A stretch of DNA of 43,025 nucleotides, taken from Promethearchaeota archaeon (lineage in GTDB: Archaea; Asgardarchaeota; Lokiarchaeia; Sigyniarchaeales; SOKP01). Position numbers and translations under genes: made by a program. Below, piece by piece: positions 27,348 to 38,518 of the stretch. Within the stretch, counting starts at the first letter, position 1. Each line of letters begins with the position of its first letter. The notes under the pieces were generated by a model that was not told the DNA's origin, did no database searches, and worked only from the letters and a program-made list of their open reading frames with translations. Where the stretch lies: positions 1-43,025 of the forward strand of contig JAGXNO010000034.1 of NCBI GenBank assembly GCA_019894975.1. Direction: 5' to 3'.

Positions 27348-28685
27348 TCACAAACAATCCCAGAAGAACCTTAGATTTTCTGGTGAGGTAAGAATTCTTT
27401 CATCTGCGGCTAAAAATATATAATTTGGTCCTGGATAAATAAAATCAGCGTCTCCAACTTCATAAAGCCACCCACATCTCCCGACTGCTTCGTCAGAATT
27501 TATTTCATTAACGAAATAACTATAAACATACCTAGCACGGCTAAAAGATTTAATCCATTTGAGTTCATAAGTAATATTTCCTAAATCACCAAGTGTCATA
27601 ATTACATCAAGAGCCGTTATCACATCATTTTGAAGAGTATCGTTTCTTATATTATGTGGTGTAATTGAAATATTGTAAAATTCTACATTAAAGCTGCTCC
27701 CATTTATGGTAACAGTAGGAATAATTATTGTTCCGTTGTTACTCGCAAGACGTATAACTTCTTCTTCAAAAGATGAATATATTTCATCAATATACACGGG
27801 GTTTTCATGATATATTTTAATAGTTGTTCCCGGTTTCCATGGATAATGATCCATTCGATGCACGTTTGGTTCATTAGGATAACCACCATCATAAAATACG
27901 TAATACCACCAGTCTTGTTCTCCATTTAAAGAATCTATGACATGAGTATTCAAACTAAGATTAAAATGATACGTGAGATTGATTTCACCTATTGAATTCA
28001 AGTGCACAAGAATATCAAACACTGAAAAAGACTCGTTTTGAAAAAGATCAGGCCTTGTAGTGTTAACTTCAGCAGAATCATAACTATACCTTGTATTTCC
28101 GATGGTGACTACATTTGGACCAAGGATTGGAGGATAATTTATAGAAATTACTGTGATCGTCAAGGAGAGAATTAATAAACCAATAGAGATATCATAGCCC
28201 CAGTGTTTGATCCTTTTCCGAGTTAAATAGAATTTAAAACCAACTCCGACATGTATTATAATGAATATCAAAAGAAGAATATCATAATCGATATGCCATG
28301 AAAAAAGGAAGAAATCACCAAAGATTTCGGCAAACCACATATAATATGTTAAACCTGATAGTCCTAAAAGGATTGATAGGATAACAATGCCCCATTTAGT
28401 AAGAAGTTGCATTTACCTTAAAAAACTAGTAGTATAAGCTTTTTCGCTCCTAAGTCCCACTATAATCCTATGTCGTTTTAGTTTCATGTATTTGCGTGAA
28501 AAAATAACATGAGCGATAGATAATCCAATTAGAATCCATTGAATAACCAAGTGGAGAGCGATGTAAAACTCATAAGGAGAAAACCAACGACGTGTAGAAG
28601 CATATCCTAAAAAGATTGTAATAAGTGCGAATAATACAAGCAACCAGGAACTTATTCTATGTATTTTTAATCCTTTAATCGGTAC
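27348..28685 (-). pseudogene. Membrane protein with His-bearing TM helices and two DUF4430-like domains, split by an in-frame TAA
   Basis: ORFs 28413..28643 and 27348..28412 share a frame and are separated only by TAA at 28413-28415. The frame extends upstream to a GTA near 28685. Confidence 0.6.
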
Positions 28686-28829
28686 TTATTATAACCCCTA
28701 ACAAGAAAAAAAGTTAATAGATGTTTAAAAAGAGTTCTATTGTAAAAAATAATCTTTATAAGCTCTCTATTAGTATGATGGTAACAAAACTAGCATTAAT
28801 TTTATAAATTTCAATATTTTTAAATATAC

Positions 28830-29762
28830 ATGGAATTAAGCCAAGCAAAACCAATAACTATTGGAGATAAAGCACTTTTTGACAAATTCTTTCAGAAATA
28901 TCCACCGGAAACATCTGAATTTACCTTTACAAATCTCTTCATGTGGAGGAATTATTATAATTTCTTGTTTTTAGAATATAATGGACATATAATCTTACTT
29001 TCCAACGATTATTTGAAAAATAGAAAAAAACCAATTAATTCGGACTCTAAAGATTATGTATACTGTTTTCCCCCGATTGGTCCTTATCCTAACAAAATTA
29101 TTATTGAATTATTTGAAAATATCGAAAATATAGAAGTGCATAGGGTTCCAGATGATATCTGTCAGAAATTAACTGAAAATGATAATTACACTAAATTAAA
29201 CTTAAATTGTATTGAAGATCGAAATAATTGGGATTACCTATATAACAAAGATGAAATTCTTAACTTGGCGGGAAACAAGTACAGGCAAAATAGAAGATGG
29301 CTCAATAAGTTTAAAGAAAATTATAATTACGATTTTCAATTATTAACAGAAAATAACATTGAAAAATGTAAAGAACTTCAATTAGAATGGTGTGTTATGA
29401 GGGCATGCACTGAAGACGAAAGCTTAGAAGCGGAGCAGGAAGCAATATTAGAAGCATTGGATAATTTTAGTTCTCTTGGTTTTAGTGGGGGATTAATATG
29501 TGTAGATGACAAATGTGCTGCTTACACATTTGGTGAGATGTTAAATAATGAAACATTAGTAATTCATATTGAGAAAGCTCATATGGATTATGTGGGTGCC
29601 TATCAAGCAATAAATAACTTGTTGTTAAAGAATTGTTGTGTTAAATCCATTTATGTGAACAGAGAACAAGATTTAGGAATTGAAGGATTAAGAAGAGCAA
29701 AAGAGTCATATAAGCCTATTCGAATGATTAAGAAGAATATTATTCATAAGAATATAATATAG
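28830..29762 (+). CDS. DUF2156 / phosphatidylglycerol lysyltransferase-like GNAT-domain protein
   Basis: SEFTFTNLFMW, DYLY, IHIEKA and VNREQDLGIEGLRRAKESYKP. Confidence 0.88.
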   Translation: MELSQAKPITIGDKALFDKFFQKYPPETSEFTFTNLFMWRNYYNFLFLEYNGHIILLSNDYLKNRKKPINSDSKDYVYCFPPIGPYPNKIIIELFENIENIEVHRVPDDICQKLTENDNYTKLNLNCIEDRNNWDYLYNKDEILNLAGNKYRQNRRWLNKFKENYNYDFQLLTENNIEKCKELQLEWCVMRACTEDESLEAEQEAILEALDNFSSLGFSGGLICVDDKCAAYTFGEMLNNETLVIHIEKAHMDYVGAYQAINNLLLKNCCVKSIYVNREQDLGIEGLRRAKESYKPIRMIKKNIIHKNII

Positions 29763-29783
29763 AATAATAGGTGTTTTAATGTC

Positions 29784-29837
29784 ATGAAATTTATTGAAGA
29801 ACAATCTAGAAAAGTACCAATCCTAGCCGAAACTTAA
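29784..29837 (+). pseudogene. 17-aa N-terminal stub of a FAD-dependent oxidoreductase
   Basis: MKFIEEQSRKVPILAET* resembles the E..R.(V/I)P(V/I)..E.DV.V.GGG start of that family; AGGTG RBS upstream. Confidence 0.35.
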
Positions 29838-29980
29838 AAAACAAGGAGTAAGGATCAAATAATAATTTTTTAATTCTTGTTTAAAAAATTAATAAGGAAA
29901 ATATTGGATTCAAGAATATTTATATTAATATATGTGAAATTACTTATAATACTAAAAAACGGGATAATATGTGAAAGATA

Positions 29981-31639
29981 ATGTCAGAAGAATATACAGA
30001 AGAAGAAAAACCTATTGGCAGATTAACTGGTAAAACGACAACTCATACAGTTACCGTTCTATTTGAAGGATCCTCGGTTGAAAAAAATAATTATTTAGTA
30101 ATTTATGGGGAAAAAGATGAAGATGGAAACAAATCTTTCTATGTACTTTATATTACTGATATGTGGACCGATGAAAAAGGGCGTATGGCAAAATTGGGAG
30201 TATTAGGAGAGCGACCTAAACGACCGTTTGAAATTGGTTCGGATGTTTTCTTGGCAAAAGAAGAACAAATTTCAAAAATTTTAGGAATCTTCAATCCACC
30301 AGAAGAATCTATCTTATTAGGAAAGCTTATTGGTTATCCTTACGAAGTGTATTTATTAATTAAAAATTTTGGCAGAATTTTCATTACGGGTAAATCAGGT
30401 TCTGGAAAATCGTATACCATGGGAATTTTATGCGAAGAATTTCTTAGGAAGGGAATCCCTATCGTCATATTGGATAGACACGGAGAATATGGGAGTTTAA
30501 AGGTTTCCAGTGAAGATGCTGGAGAAGGTGAGAGTGAATTCGTAGATAATATTATTGAATTTTCTGATTTAAAGAAAAATAAGGGTGGTGATATTGATAT
30601 TGAGTATATGTTTTCACTAAGTTCTGCGGATTTAGTTGCTCCAAACCTATGTACTATAGTAAATTTGAATGGTATGGCATTAGAAGTTCAAGAAGCTATT
30701 GCTGGCAAACTGCTTAAGAAACTTTACGAATCAAGCACAACAAGAAAAATTCCACCATTTTATTTGTTTTTAGATGAAGCTCATTTATTTGCAGGAAAAA
30801 AGCAGACAGAAACTTGTGATGTCGTTAGGTTATTTGCTCAAGAAGGGAGAAAATTTGGAGCAAATATTGTTATAGGAACACAACGCCCACAATTATTAGA
30901 TACCACAATACGAGCACAAGCAGGAACTTGGGTTGTTCATAACCTTTCTGATATCAGAGATATAGGAATTACTATTTCGAGTGCAGAAGATTTAAGTAAT
31001 GATAACAAATCAGATATATCTGGATTGGATAAAGGAGAAGCTATAATCTGTGGAGAAGCCGTGAAAGGAATCCCCCTGTTTGTGAAAATAAGATCAAGGA
31101 CAACTAGACATGGTGGAGTAAGTTTCAATCCATTAGATTTTCTTTCCGGGTCCACTGTAGATGAATTACAGAAGCGAAAGGAAAGAATTTTGGGGGGAAA
31201 ATCTGCTGATGAATTGGAAACAGGTAGATCAATGTATCAGGAAATGATGGAACCAAAAAAAGCTGCAGATTACTTAGATGAAATAACCGCTCTAAAGATA
31301 AGGATCCTAGAATTAGAAGATGAAGTTTCAAGACTTAAAGAAAAAGTAGCTACTATAAAAGAGGGAAAAAATATTCCGTTAATTGCTACTGATGACGTTG
31401 TTCAAGATCTCCAAACTGAAATTGAAGTATGGAAAGAAAAATATAATTACCTAAAAGAGATGGCAGAGAAAGGAGAGGGAGATATGATTCCTTTAACCGA
31501 AGATACTGAAGAGTTACTTGATTTAAATAATAGAGCAATTGAGCTTGAAGCACAATTAAAGAAGTATAAATCCAAGTATGATGATGCTATAATTTTAGCC
31601 GAAAAAACTCTCGCAGAACTCAAAAAAACACGTAAATAA
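29981..31639 (+). CDS. HerA/FtsK-superfamily (DUF87) ATPase with C-terminal coiled coil
   Basis: GKSGSGKS, D.HGEY, LFLDEAH, EGRKFG and TQRP; heptad-rich last ~130 aa. Confidence 0.88.
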   Translation: MSEEYTEEEKPIGRLTGKTTTHTVTVLFEGSSVEKNNYLVIYGEKDEDGNKSFYVLYITDMWTDEKGRMAKLGVLGERPKRPFEIGSDVFLAKEEQISKILGIFNPPEESILLGKLIGYPYEVYLLIKNFGRIFITGKSGSGKSYTMGILCEEFLRKGIPIVILDRHGEYGSLKVSSEDAGEGESEFVDNIIEFSDLKKNKGGDIDIEYMFSLSSADLVAPNLCTIVNLNGMALEVQEAIAGKLLKKLYESSTTRKIPPFYLFLDEAHLFAGKKQTETCDVVRLFAQEGRKFGANIVIGTQRPQLLDTTIRAQAGTWVVHNLSDIRDIGITISSAEDLSNDNKSDISGLDKGEAIICGEAVKGIPLFVKIRSRTTRHGGVSFNPLDFLSGSTVDELQKRKERILGGKSADELETGRSMYQEMMEPKKAADYLDEITALKIRILELEDEVSRLKEKVATIKEGKNIPLIATDDVVQDLQTEIEVWKEKYNYLKEMAEKGEGDMIPLTEDTEELLDLNNRAIELEAQLKKYKSKYDDAIILAEKTLAELKKTRK

Positions 31640-31760
31640 AGTATTTTTTCTCATTTTTTAAACATTTTTACTTAATTTTTATCAAACTAATTATATTGAT
31701 TAAGCTGTTTACATTATACCATATTATTTTTTCAAAATATTAGTGCAGATAAGATTAATC

Positions 31761-32852
31761 ATGAATAGTGAATCATTAAAAATTGAAAGTATCAAAGATC
31801 TTCAACGGAAATTATCATCTTTAATTGGAGTTTCTGGACGTGAAGAAGACGTTAGTGCCTTTATTCTAAATGAAATTCAAAATAACGAGTTAGCTGATAA
31901 AACATGGATAGATCCTTTAGGAAACGTTCTTGCAATTAAGGAGGGAACAGACAAAAATAACAGAATATTATTAGATGCCCACATGGATGAAATTGGGTTT
32001 ATGATCTCACATGTAGAGAAAAAGGGATTCTTAAGATTCGTGTTGATAGGAGGATGGGACACACGAATTCTTCTAGGTCAATCTATCTTTTTAAAATCAA
32101 GTACAGGTGAGATTTTCAATGGAATAATCGGGTCAAAACCACCTCATCTCTCATCAATAGAAGAAAGGAAAAAGAGGGTTGATGTTAGCGAAATGTATAT
32201 TGATATAGGATTGTCATCGGAAGAAGAAGTAAATGATAACAACATAACAATCGGAACTGTAGGTACTTTATCATCTCCTTTTACGGACTTTCCCAATGGA
32301 ATGATTAAAGGTAAAGCATTTGATGACCGCACAGGGTGTAATGTAATACTGCATACTCTGAAATTGTTAAACGAAAATGAACCTTTTAATGACACAGTTC
32401 TATGTAATTTTGCAGTGCAAGAAGAAATTGGTGGTAGAGGGGCGGAGACAGGAGCTTATGCTTTAAAACCTACTATAGCATTAGCAATCGAAAATACGAC
32501 TGCGGGAGATATGCCTGGTATTAGGGAAGCAGAGAATCCTGTTAATATTGGTGATGGCCCCGCTATAACCGTTGCGGACATGAACCTTATCTCACATCCC
32601 AAGGTTAACAATAGGCTCATAAAGAATGCAGAAAAAGAGAATATTAATTATCAAATCAAAAAACCCCTTTATGGTGGAACTGATGCGGGAAAGATCCATG
32701 TTTCTAGAAGCGGTGTCCCTAGTTCAGTTGTTTCAGTTCCTTGTAGATATATTCATTCTCCTACTTCTCTTTTAAAACTTCAAGATCTTTATGAAACAAT
32801 ACGATTACTTGATGTGTTTCTGAGAAATCCTGCTAATATTACATTTCAATAA
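31761..32852 (+). CDS. M42 family aminopeptidase (TET-like)
   Basis: AHMDEIG, KAFDDR, QEEIG, GGTDAG and RYIHSP; ATG 31761 preferred over GTG 31743. Confidence 0.93.
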   Translation: MNSESLKIESIKDLQRKLSSLIGVSGREEDVSAFILNEIQNNELADKTWIDPLGNVLAIKEGTDKNNRILLDAHMDEIGFMISHVEKKGFLRFVLIGGWDTRILLGQSIFLKSSTGEIFNGIIGSKPPHLSSIEERKKRVDVSEMYIDIGLSSEEEVNDNNITIGTVGTLSSPFTDFPNGMIKGKAFDDRTGCNVILHTLKLLNENEPFNDTVLCNFAVQEEIGGRGAETGAYALKPTIALAIENTTAGDMPGIREAENPVNIGDGPAITVADMNLISHPKVNNRLIKNAEKENINYQIKKPLYGGTDAGKIHVSRSGVPSSVVSVPCRYIHSPTSLLKLQDLYETIRLLDVFLRNPANITFQ

Positions 32853-34290
32853 ACTCTTCTTTTACGGGTTTATGGTTAAAAAATTCTATATTTTTTATTT
32901 TAATTTTCTTTATAGCTACCAAAGCCATTAAGTAGAAAAAGCCCATACCAACCCAAAGTAGTACCATAATTATTGGATTGCTTTGATTTTCTCCTGAGAG
33001 TATAAATCCTATAATAAGCGAAATAATAGCAGCTCCTAATGTTCTTATGAATGATGCTAATCCATAATATGAGCCAGAGATTTTTGACATTGCTATATCA
33101 ATATCACGTTCCTCTGAGTTTTCTGCAGCTTCATGAACTAATGCTGCTGTTAATGGAATTGAAAATAAGGGTGCTGAATACATTGATCCTAATACAGTAC
33201 TCCATGTAATGATATATATGGTTAATTCTACACCAAACGGAAGGATCGGTATTAAGAAAAATGAGCCCAAAAACGAACCAATTATAGCGAATATCATAAT
33301 AGTGGAATACGATTTAAGGATATCATTCCTTTTTCTCATTTTGATCCAAATGAAATACCACCCAAATTTTCCAAATATTGAGATAAATATATAGGTGTAA
33401 AATGTAATACCTGAGAATTCAAGTACAAAATTCTGGAAAGGAAAAACTAGGATTCCTAAAGTTCTTCCCGCGAGACCAGCAAAAAATCCAGTAATTAGCA
33501 AATATAGAAAACTAACATCCTTTAAGGGGATTGCCATTTGACGGAACCTATCCACAATACTGACTTTCTCATGGTGATAATCACCAGCTAAATTATGAAA
33601 ACTCTCATCCACAGAAAAGAATATTGATAAAACTGCAATTAAACCAAAAATAGCGAATCCAGTTCCTATTATTGGGATCAAAGTAGTAACTATTCTTCCA
33701 GAATCAGTCCACCATTTAGCATCTTGAGCATTTGGAAGAATACTACTAACAATTTGAGGCATCAACAAAGCCACAATGGAAGCTAATATAGAGAAAACTG
33801 TTCTTACAGAAGCTATCTTCTGCCTATTTTTGAGAGTTTGGGATTGTTCAGGCAACATTGATATATAAACATTGAATAACAGTGACCTTGATAAAGATCT
33901 GATTATGATTATAACCCAAAAGAATATTGCTGTAGGAAGAAATAATTGATTTCCCTGTGGGGCTTTGGGTGGAAGCCAAATCAAGATTGTTGCTGCAAAC
34001 CAAATAGGTAGACCAATGAGTAAGAAAGGACGCCTTTTCCCTAATTTCCCTGGTTTTTTATTGTCAACAATTACTCCGAAAATTATGGCAAACAACGCAT
34101 CTAAAAATAATTGAGCAAAGATACCTACCGAAACAAAAAGTGGGTCAAGATTGATTGTATAAACATAAAATTGAAATAAATATATTCCTGTGAATATATT
34201 CACTAGGGGCATTCCTAAGTCGCCCATAGAATATCCAAACAGTCTTTTTCCATTTAATTCTCGTGGTGGTAGGGGGAGGGTATCTTCCAT
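32839..34290 (-). CDS. MFS transporter, glycoside-pentoside-hexuronide (MelB-like) family
   Basis: About 12 TM segments; D...GKLGKRRPFLL motif. Convergent 14-nt overlap with the M42 gene. Confidence 0.88.
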   Translation of the reverse strand: MEDTLPLPPRELNGKRLFGYSMGDLGMPLVNIFTGIYLFQFYVYTINLDPLFVSVGIFAQLFLDALFAIIFGVIVDNKKPGKLGKRRPFLLIGLPIWFAATILIWLPPKAPQGNQLFLPTAIFFWVIIIIRSLSRSLLFNVYISMLPEQSQTLKNRQKIASVRTVFSILASIVALLMPQIVSSILPNAQDAKWWTDSGRIVTTLIPIIGTGFAIFGLIAVLSIFFSVDESFHNLAGDYHHEKVSIVDRFRQMAIPLKDVSFLYLLITGFFAGLAGRTLGILVFPFQNFVLEFSGITFYTYIFISIFGKFGWYFIWIKMRKRNDILKSYSTIMIFAIIGSFLGSFFLIPILPFGVELTIYIITWSTVLGSMYSAPLFSIPLTAALVHEAAENSEERDIDIAMSKISGSYYGLASFIRTLGAAIISLIIGFILSGENQSNPIIMVLLWVGMGFFYLMALVAIKKIKIKNIEFFNHKPVKEEFIEM

Positions 34291-34510
34291 TGTTAATCAA
34301 ATTATAATGAGTAATTTTGAAAATATTGGTGAATTGAAATAATTTTTGATTTTATATCCTTAATTGTGTAGCTTATTTTCAATTTGTAATTAGATACCAT
34401 TTTACTTTACAATCAATTACTAATTTATTATAGTATTGGAAAGTGGAAACAATAAAATCACTTTTCACTTCAGTTGGTTCAAAAAAAATTTAAAAAAATT
34501 CAGGTATTTT

Positions 34511-35392
34511 TTATTTTTCTTTATTTTTTTCTTTTCTTTTCTTAATTTTTTTCTGCTGCTCTACTATTACATTACTTATGAATTGTGTTGTAGAATAGGC
34601 GGATTCAGCTTCTCCAAGTGTTAAACCGTCAAGTTCATCTTTCATTTCTTCCGCTTCCTCGTCTGAAAAGGACATTTCAGATTGAATATATTCTTTCGCG
34701 CTTATTTTATGCCGTTTGGTTCTTAGCTCAGCACGTTGGAGATAATAGTGACTAGTCATATGAAGTACAGTCCCTCCATCTCCAAATTCAAAAGTAATCA
34801 CAATTGGGGCTTCTCCGTATTTTTTTTCCATTTCTACACTAGTTACTAACACTTTAACTTTTTTCTTGTCAAGGATTTCGATTGGGTATGACGATGATTC
34901 GAGCCACCAAATTGGCTCTTCATCAGCTTTAAATAAGCCCTCTAGAAATTTATTAGATTTATCAACCACTTGAACTGCGACACAATCATCTCCCGTAGGC
35001 TGTTGATTATATCTCACGACCTTTGGGAATATTTTTTCCAAGATATTCTGGAGAGCCCAATCTGTAGTAAAGAGGAAGCCCCCTTTTTTAACGAATTCCT
35101 TAACTTTAGGTAAAGCCTCGTCATATACATTTCCGGGACAATTAATAATTAGAATTTGATCAGGATTTAATTCAATTTGACTAACTTCTTCTGGTTGGAT
35201 CAGTACATAAGGAACATTAATCATATCTAAGACCGTTTCCACTCTATCATATGAACCGGTAACAATTACGATTGAAGAATCTTTGACTTTTTTTAAGATT
35301 TCTAAATCTATTGGACGTTCCTTAGCCATACGCTTCTCTAGTATCTTAGAAGAGGCCTTATATGCCTGTTCCATTTTTTTAAAATCTCCCAT
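34511..35392 (-). CDS. Hypothetical protein, possible class I glutamine-amidotransferase-like fold
   Basis: GSYD.VE.VL, LIINCPG and FVKKGG.LFTTDWA; fold assignment is tentative. Confidence 0.6.
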   Translation of the reverse strand: MGDFKKMEQAYKASSKILEKRMAKERPIDLEILKKVKDSSIVIVTGSYDRVETVLDMINVPYVLIQPEEVSQIELNPDQILIINCPGNVYDEALPKVKEFVKKGGFLFTTDWALQNILEKIFPKVVRYNQQPTGDDCVAVQVVDKSNKFLEGLFKADEEPIWWLESSSYPIEILDKKKVKVLVTSVEMEKKYGEAPIVITFEFGDGGTVLHMTSHYYLQRAELRTKRHKISAKEYIQSEMSFSDEEAEEMKDELDGLTLGEAESAYSTTQFISNVIVEQQKKIKKRKEKNKEK

Positions 35393-35559
35393 TATAGTAA
35401 CCTTTTATTTTTGATTTATTCCAAATTATAGTTTTGAAGAATATGAAAATTAATACGTATAAACTTTTTCCCTTTGTCCTTAATTTCAAAAAATTTAATA
35501 TGAACAAATTACAAAATCCAATTATTCAATATTAGAAGTACCAGTAAATTAATCTAATT

Positions 35560-37257
35560 TTGACAATTATGAATAAAATATATATTGACAAGAAAAAAAC
35601 AATCCTAATTTCCTTATTTCTCATAATTTTCGTGGTAGGAACAGTTCTAATGTTCATTTTACCTTTGAATGTTAAAGCTACATACAACAAAACAGTTAAA
35701 ACTGTGGATGGAGAAACTATTTCATTTAATGTATTTGAACCAAAAAGAACAGGAGTGAATAAAAAAGCTATAATATTAGGTCATGGAATTATGTCAAATA
35801 AAGAAATGCTGAAAGGATTTGCTATTGAACTTGCTGCAGCAGGATTTGTTGCAGTTACCCTTGATTTCCGAGGACATGGGCAAAGTACCGGAGAATTGGA
35901 AAGAGATTTATTAACTAATGACATAAATGCTATCGTTTCTTATTTAAACGCAAGATCTGACATTAATACAAGCGCGCTTGGTTATTTTGGTTTTTCTATG
36001 GGTGGAGGTCCTGGAATAGAAATAGTTAATCAATCAACTGATTTCAGGTGTTTTATTGGTGCGGGTACGTGGTTACCGAATGATGTAAGAAAAGGTAATT
36101 CAACTGATCCATTAAACATTCTCATGATTCTAGGTAGATATGATGAACTAATCACCCCTGAAGATCTTAAGGAAGGTTTGTCTAATTACACGGGCATAGC
36201 TAGTGAGGATTTAGATGTTAATAGGTTGTATGGTAGTTTTCAAGACGGAAATGCTGCTATGATTTATCTTGACGATAATACTAATCATGTATTAGGAGAT
36301 TGGGATCCAGATTTTATAAGAGAAGCAAGAAATTTTGCGTTAAACACTTTCCCTGACGTAATCCCTATCGATGAGAACTTCTATGCTAATACACGACTTA
36401 TAATTTTGTTTTCACAACTAATTGGGGGTTTTGGATTCTTCATTTTAATAACCGATCCACTTTCAAAGCTAATTCTGAAATCAAGAGAAGAAGAATTGAT
36501 ACTAGAAACTGAAGGAGAGACTATAGTAAGTCTCGGTGGAAAGACTATTGGTTATTCATTGATACTAAGTCTACCAGGGATACTTATCTTTGTTCCAATT
36601 GTTTTACTACTATTTCTGGCAACAGCAGGATTTATTTCTGCATTGTTATTTGGTCAAGCTTTCGGAATTCTGGTTTTATTATGGAGGATTGGGAAGAAGA
36701 AAGATATCAAACTACGAGATATAATTAAAAAACCATTTAAGATTTCAAGAAATAATCTTATTAGACAATTCTGTTTAGGGGGAATTTTGGCGATACTTTT
36801 TACCATAATTATCTATTTATCAGGGGGATTGCACTATATTGGCATGATCCCTTCAATCACTAAGATCCCGTGGGTACCATTGTATTTCGTTATTTTCTTC
36901 ATAATCTTCATGATATTCGGATTAGTATTTCATGGAATTTTACAGAATAAATTTGAGAAGGGAGTCAAACCACTCGTAAAGATGTCACTGATAGTCTTTG
37001 GTACGCTATTCCTATATATGTTTACAATTCTTCTGATTCTAGCACTTGTAATGGGGAGTTTTTTCTATTTTGGTTCTTTTCTTCCACTCGCCGTACCTCT
37101 ATTTCTATTGATTAGTTTCATCTCGACAATTCTTTATGATAAAACGGGGAGCATAATACCTGGAGCTCTTGTAAATACATTATTTTTTACTTTGCTAATA
37201 TGCACTATTTCTCCATACCAGAGTGGATTCAGTTTTATCCTTGGATTCTTCCATTGA
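35560..37257 (+). CDS. Membrane-anchored alpha/beta hydrolase with multi-TM C-terminal domain
   Basis: N-terminal TM, HG, DFRGHGQS and GFSMGG; about 8 C-terminal TM helices. Confidence 0.85.
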   Translation: MTIMNKIYIDKKKTILISLFLIIFVVGTVLMFILPLNVKATYNKTVKTVDGETISFNVFEPKRTGVNKKAIILGHGIMSNKEMLKGFAIELAAAGFVAVTLDFRGHGQSTGELERDLLTNDINAIVSYLNARSDINTSALGYFGFSMGGGPGIEIVNQSTDFRCFIGAGTWLPNDVRKGNSTDPLNILMILGRYDELITPEDLKEGLSNYTGIASEDLDVNRLYGSFQDGNAAMIYLDDNTNHVLGDWDPDFIREARNFALNTFPDVIPIDENFYANTRLIILFSQLIGGFGFFILITDPLSKLILKSREEELILETEGETIVSLGGKTIGYSLILSLPGILIFVPIVLLLFLATAGFISALLFGQAFGILVLLWRIGKKKDIKLRDIIKKPFKISRNNLIRQFCLGGILAILFTIIIYLSGGLHYIGMIPSITKIPWVPLYFVIFFIIFMIFGLVFHGILQNKFEKGVKPLVKMSLIVFGTLFLYMFTILLILALVMGSFFYFGSFLPLAVPLFLLISFISTILYDKTGSIIPGALVNTLFFTLLICTISPYQSGFSFILGFFH

Positions 37258-37405
37258 ACTAAATAATCTATTTTTTTTTTTAATTTATTTGAAATTGTGA
37301 TTCACATATTTCCGAATCAAATTATAAGTTTTAAATTAAAGGGTGACTTACTTTTTCAATAAAATTCAGAAAATTTAATTAATAGTGAAGAAGTAAAGTG
37401 TTAAT

Positions 37406-38443
37406 ATGTCTCAAGATCAAATCCTATCTATTGCTTATTTTGACCAAATAATAGGACCGAATATTTTTTATTCAAGTGAGCCTTTAGAAGATGTAGTAGG
37501 TGCTCCAGATTTAGATAGGATTCTTGAATTTAATGAAGAAGAAGGTACTTTTATCTTTGCCTATCGAAAATTTCAGACAGTAAATCATTTATTTTATATT
37601 GATTCCAAATTCGCACGTGGCGGAAAAGAATTGATGATGATCTCTTATATGATTAAAACAGCCTTCTTTAAAGACGGAATCGTTGATGTTTTTAAATACT
37701 TAGATTCTAAAGGCCCAATTTTGGAAGATTTTGCAGAAGAAATAAAAAAAATAAATGATCTCACATCTCTATTGCATAAAAAAAAAAGTGTACTTTCAGA
37801 AGGAGACGTATTGAAATATGCGGATGAAAGGCTTAAAAATGCTTTTTTAGAGATATTTAATAAATATTTTCAAAAACTAATCCCTAAGTATCGTGTAGAA
37901 ACTCCTATAAAAGATAAAAAAAAAATAAGGAAAATCTTTATAATAGGGGCACCAAAAGCAGGTAAGAAAACGTTATTGAAGAATATAGAATTTATCCAAT
38001 TCCTAAATATAAAGAATAATGATTTATCTGTAAGGATTCTAGAAGTAATCATAGAGAATCTAGAAATTTTAAATTATAATGAAGAAAAGTGTGATTTTGG
38101 TTGTAAAGGATTCAATTCTTTTGATGATTGTATAGCTCATGCTCAAGGTATAATTCTAATATTTAAATTATCAGACAAAAAGTCAATACTGGATACAAAG
38201 GATATGTTTCAAATCATTGAAGACAAATATTTGGAAGATAATTTTGAACCTGTTCCTGTTTTAATTGTTGGTAATAAATTTAGAATAGAGGAAGAAGACA
38301 AAAAAGAATTTATCCATAAAATCTTTAAGATTGAGAAATTAAAAGAAGAGGGAAGGAGAATTAGATATTTTCCTATAAAAATCTTAGAAGAGGATCAAAA
38401 AGTCATGAAATCCCTTCGATGGATGGTTAAAAACATCCTATAA
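37406..38443 (+). CDS. Longin/uDENN-like domain fused to a degenerate Ras-superfamily GTPase domain
   Basis: N-terminal IAYFDQIIGP...ARGGKELMMIS; C-terminal KIFIIGAPKAGKKT, AQGIILIF and VPVLIVGNK. Confidence 0.7.
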   Translation: MSQDQILSIAYFDQIIGPNIFYSSEPLEDVVGAPDLDRILEFNEEEGTFIFAYRKFQTVNHLFYIDSKFARGGKELMMISYMIKTAFFKDGIVDVFKYLDSKGPILEDFAEEIKKINDLTSLLHKKKSVLSEGDVLKYADERLKNAFLEIFNKYFQKLIPKYRVETPIKDKKKIRKIFIIGAPKAGKKTLLKNIEFIQFLNIKNNDLSVRILEVIIENLEILNYNEEKCDFGCKGFNSFDDCIAHAQGIILIFKLSDKKSILDTKDMFQIIEDKYLEDNFEPVPVLIVGNKFRIEEEDKKEFIHKIFKIEKLKEEGRRIRYFPIKILEEDQKVMKSLRWMVKNIL

Positions 38444-38518
38444 TAATTAACCTTGTTTCCATGTCTCTTTATAAGCCTTCTAACAAATCTTTTAAATTAT
38501 TGTGAATATAATAAATAG

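Noticed and set aside
27240-27350. Sec read-through of the WDCL-TGA stop
   Set aside because: No SECIS-like hairpin was seen downstream and the extension has no recognisable motif.
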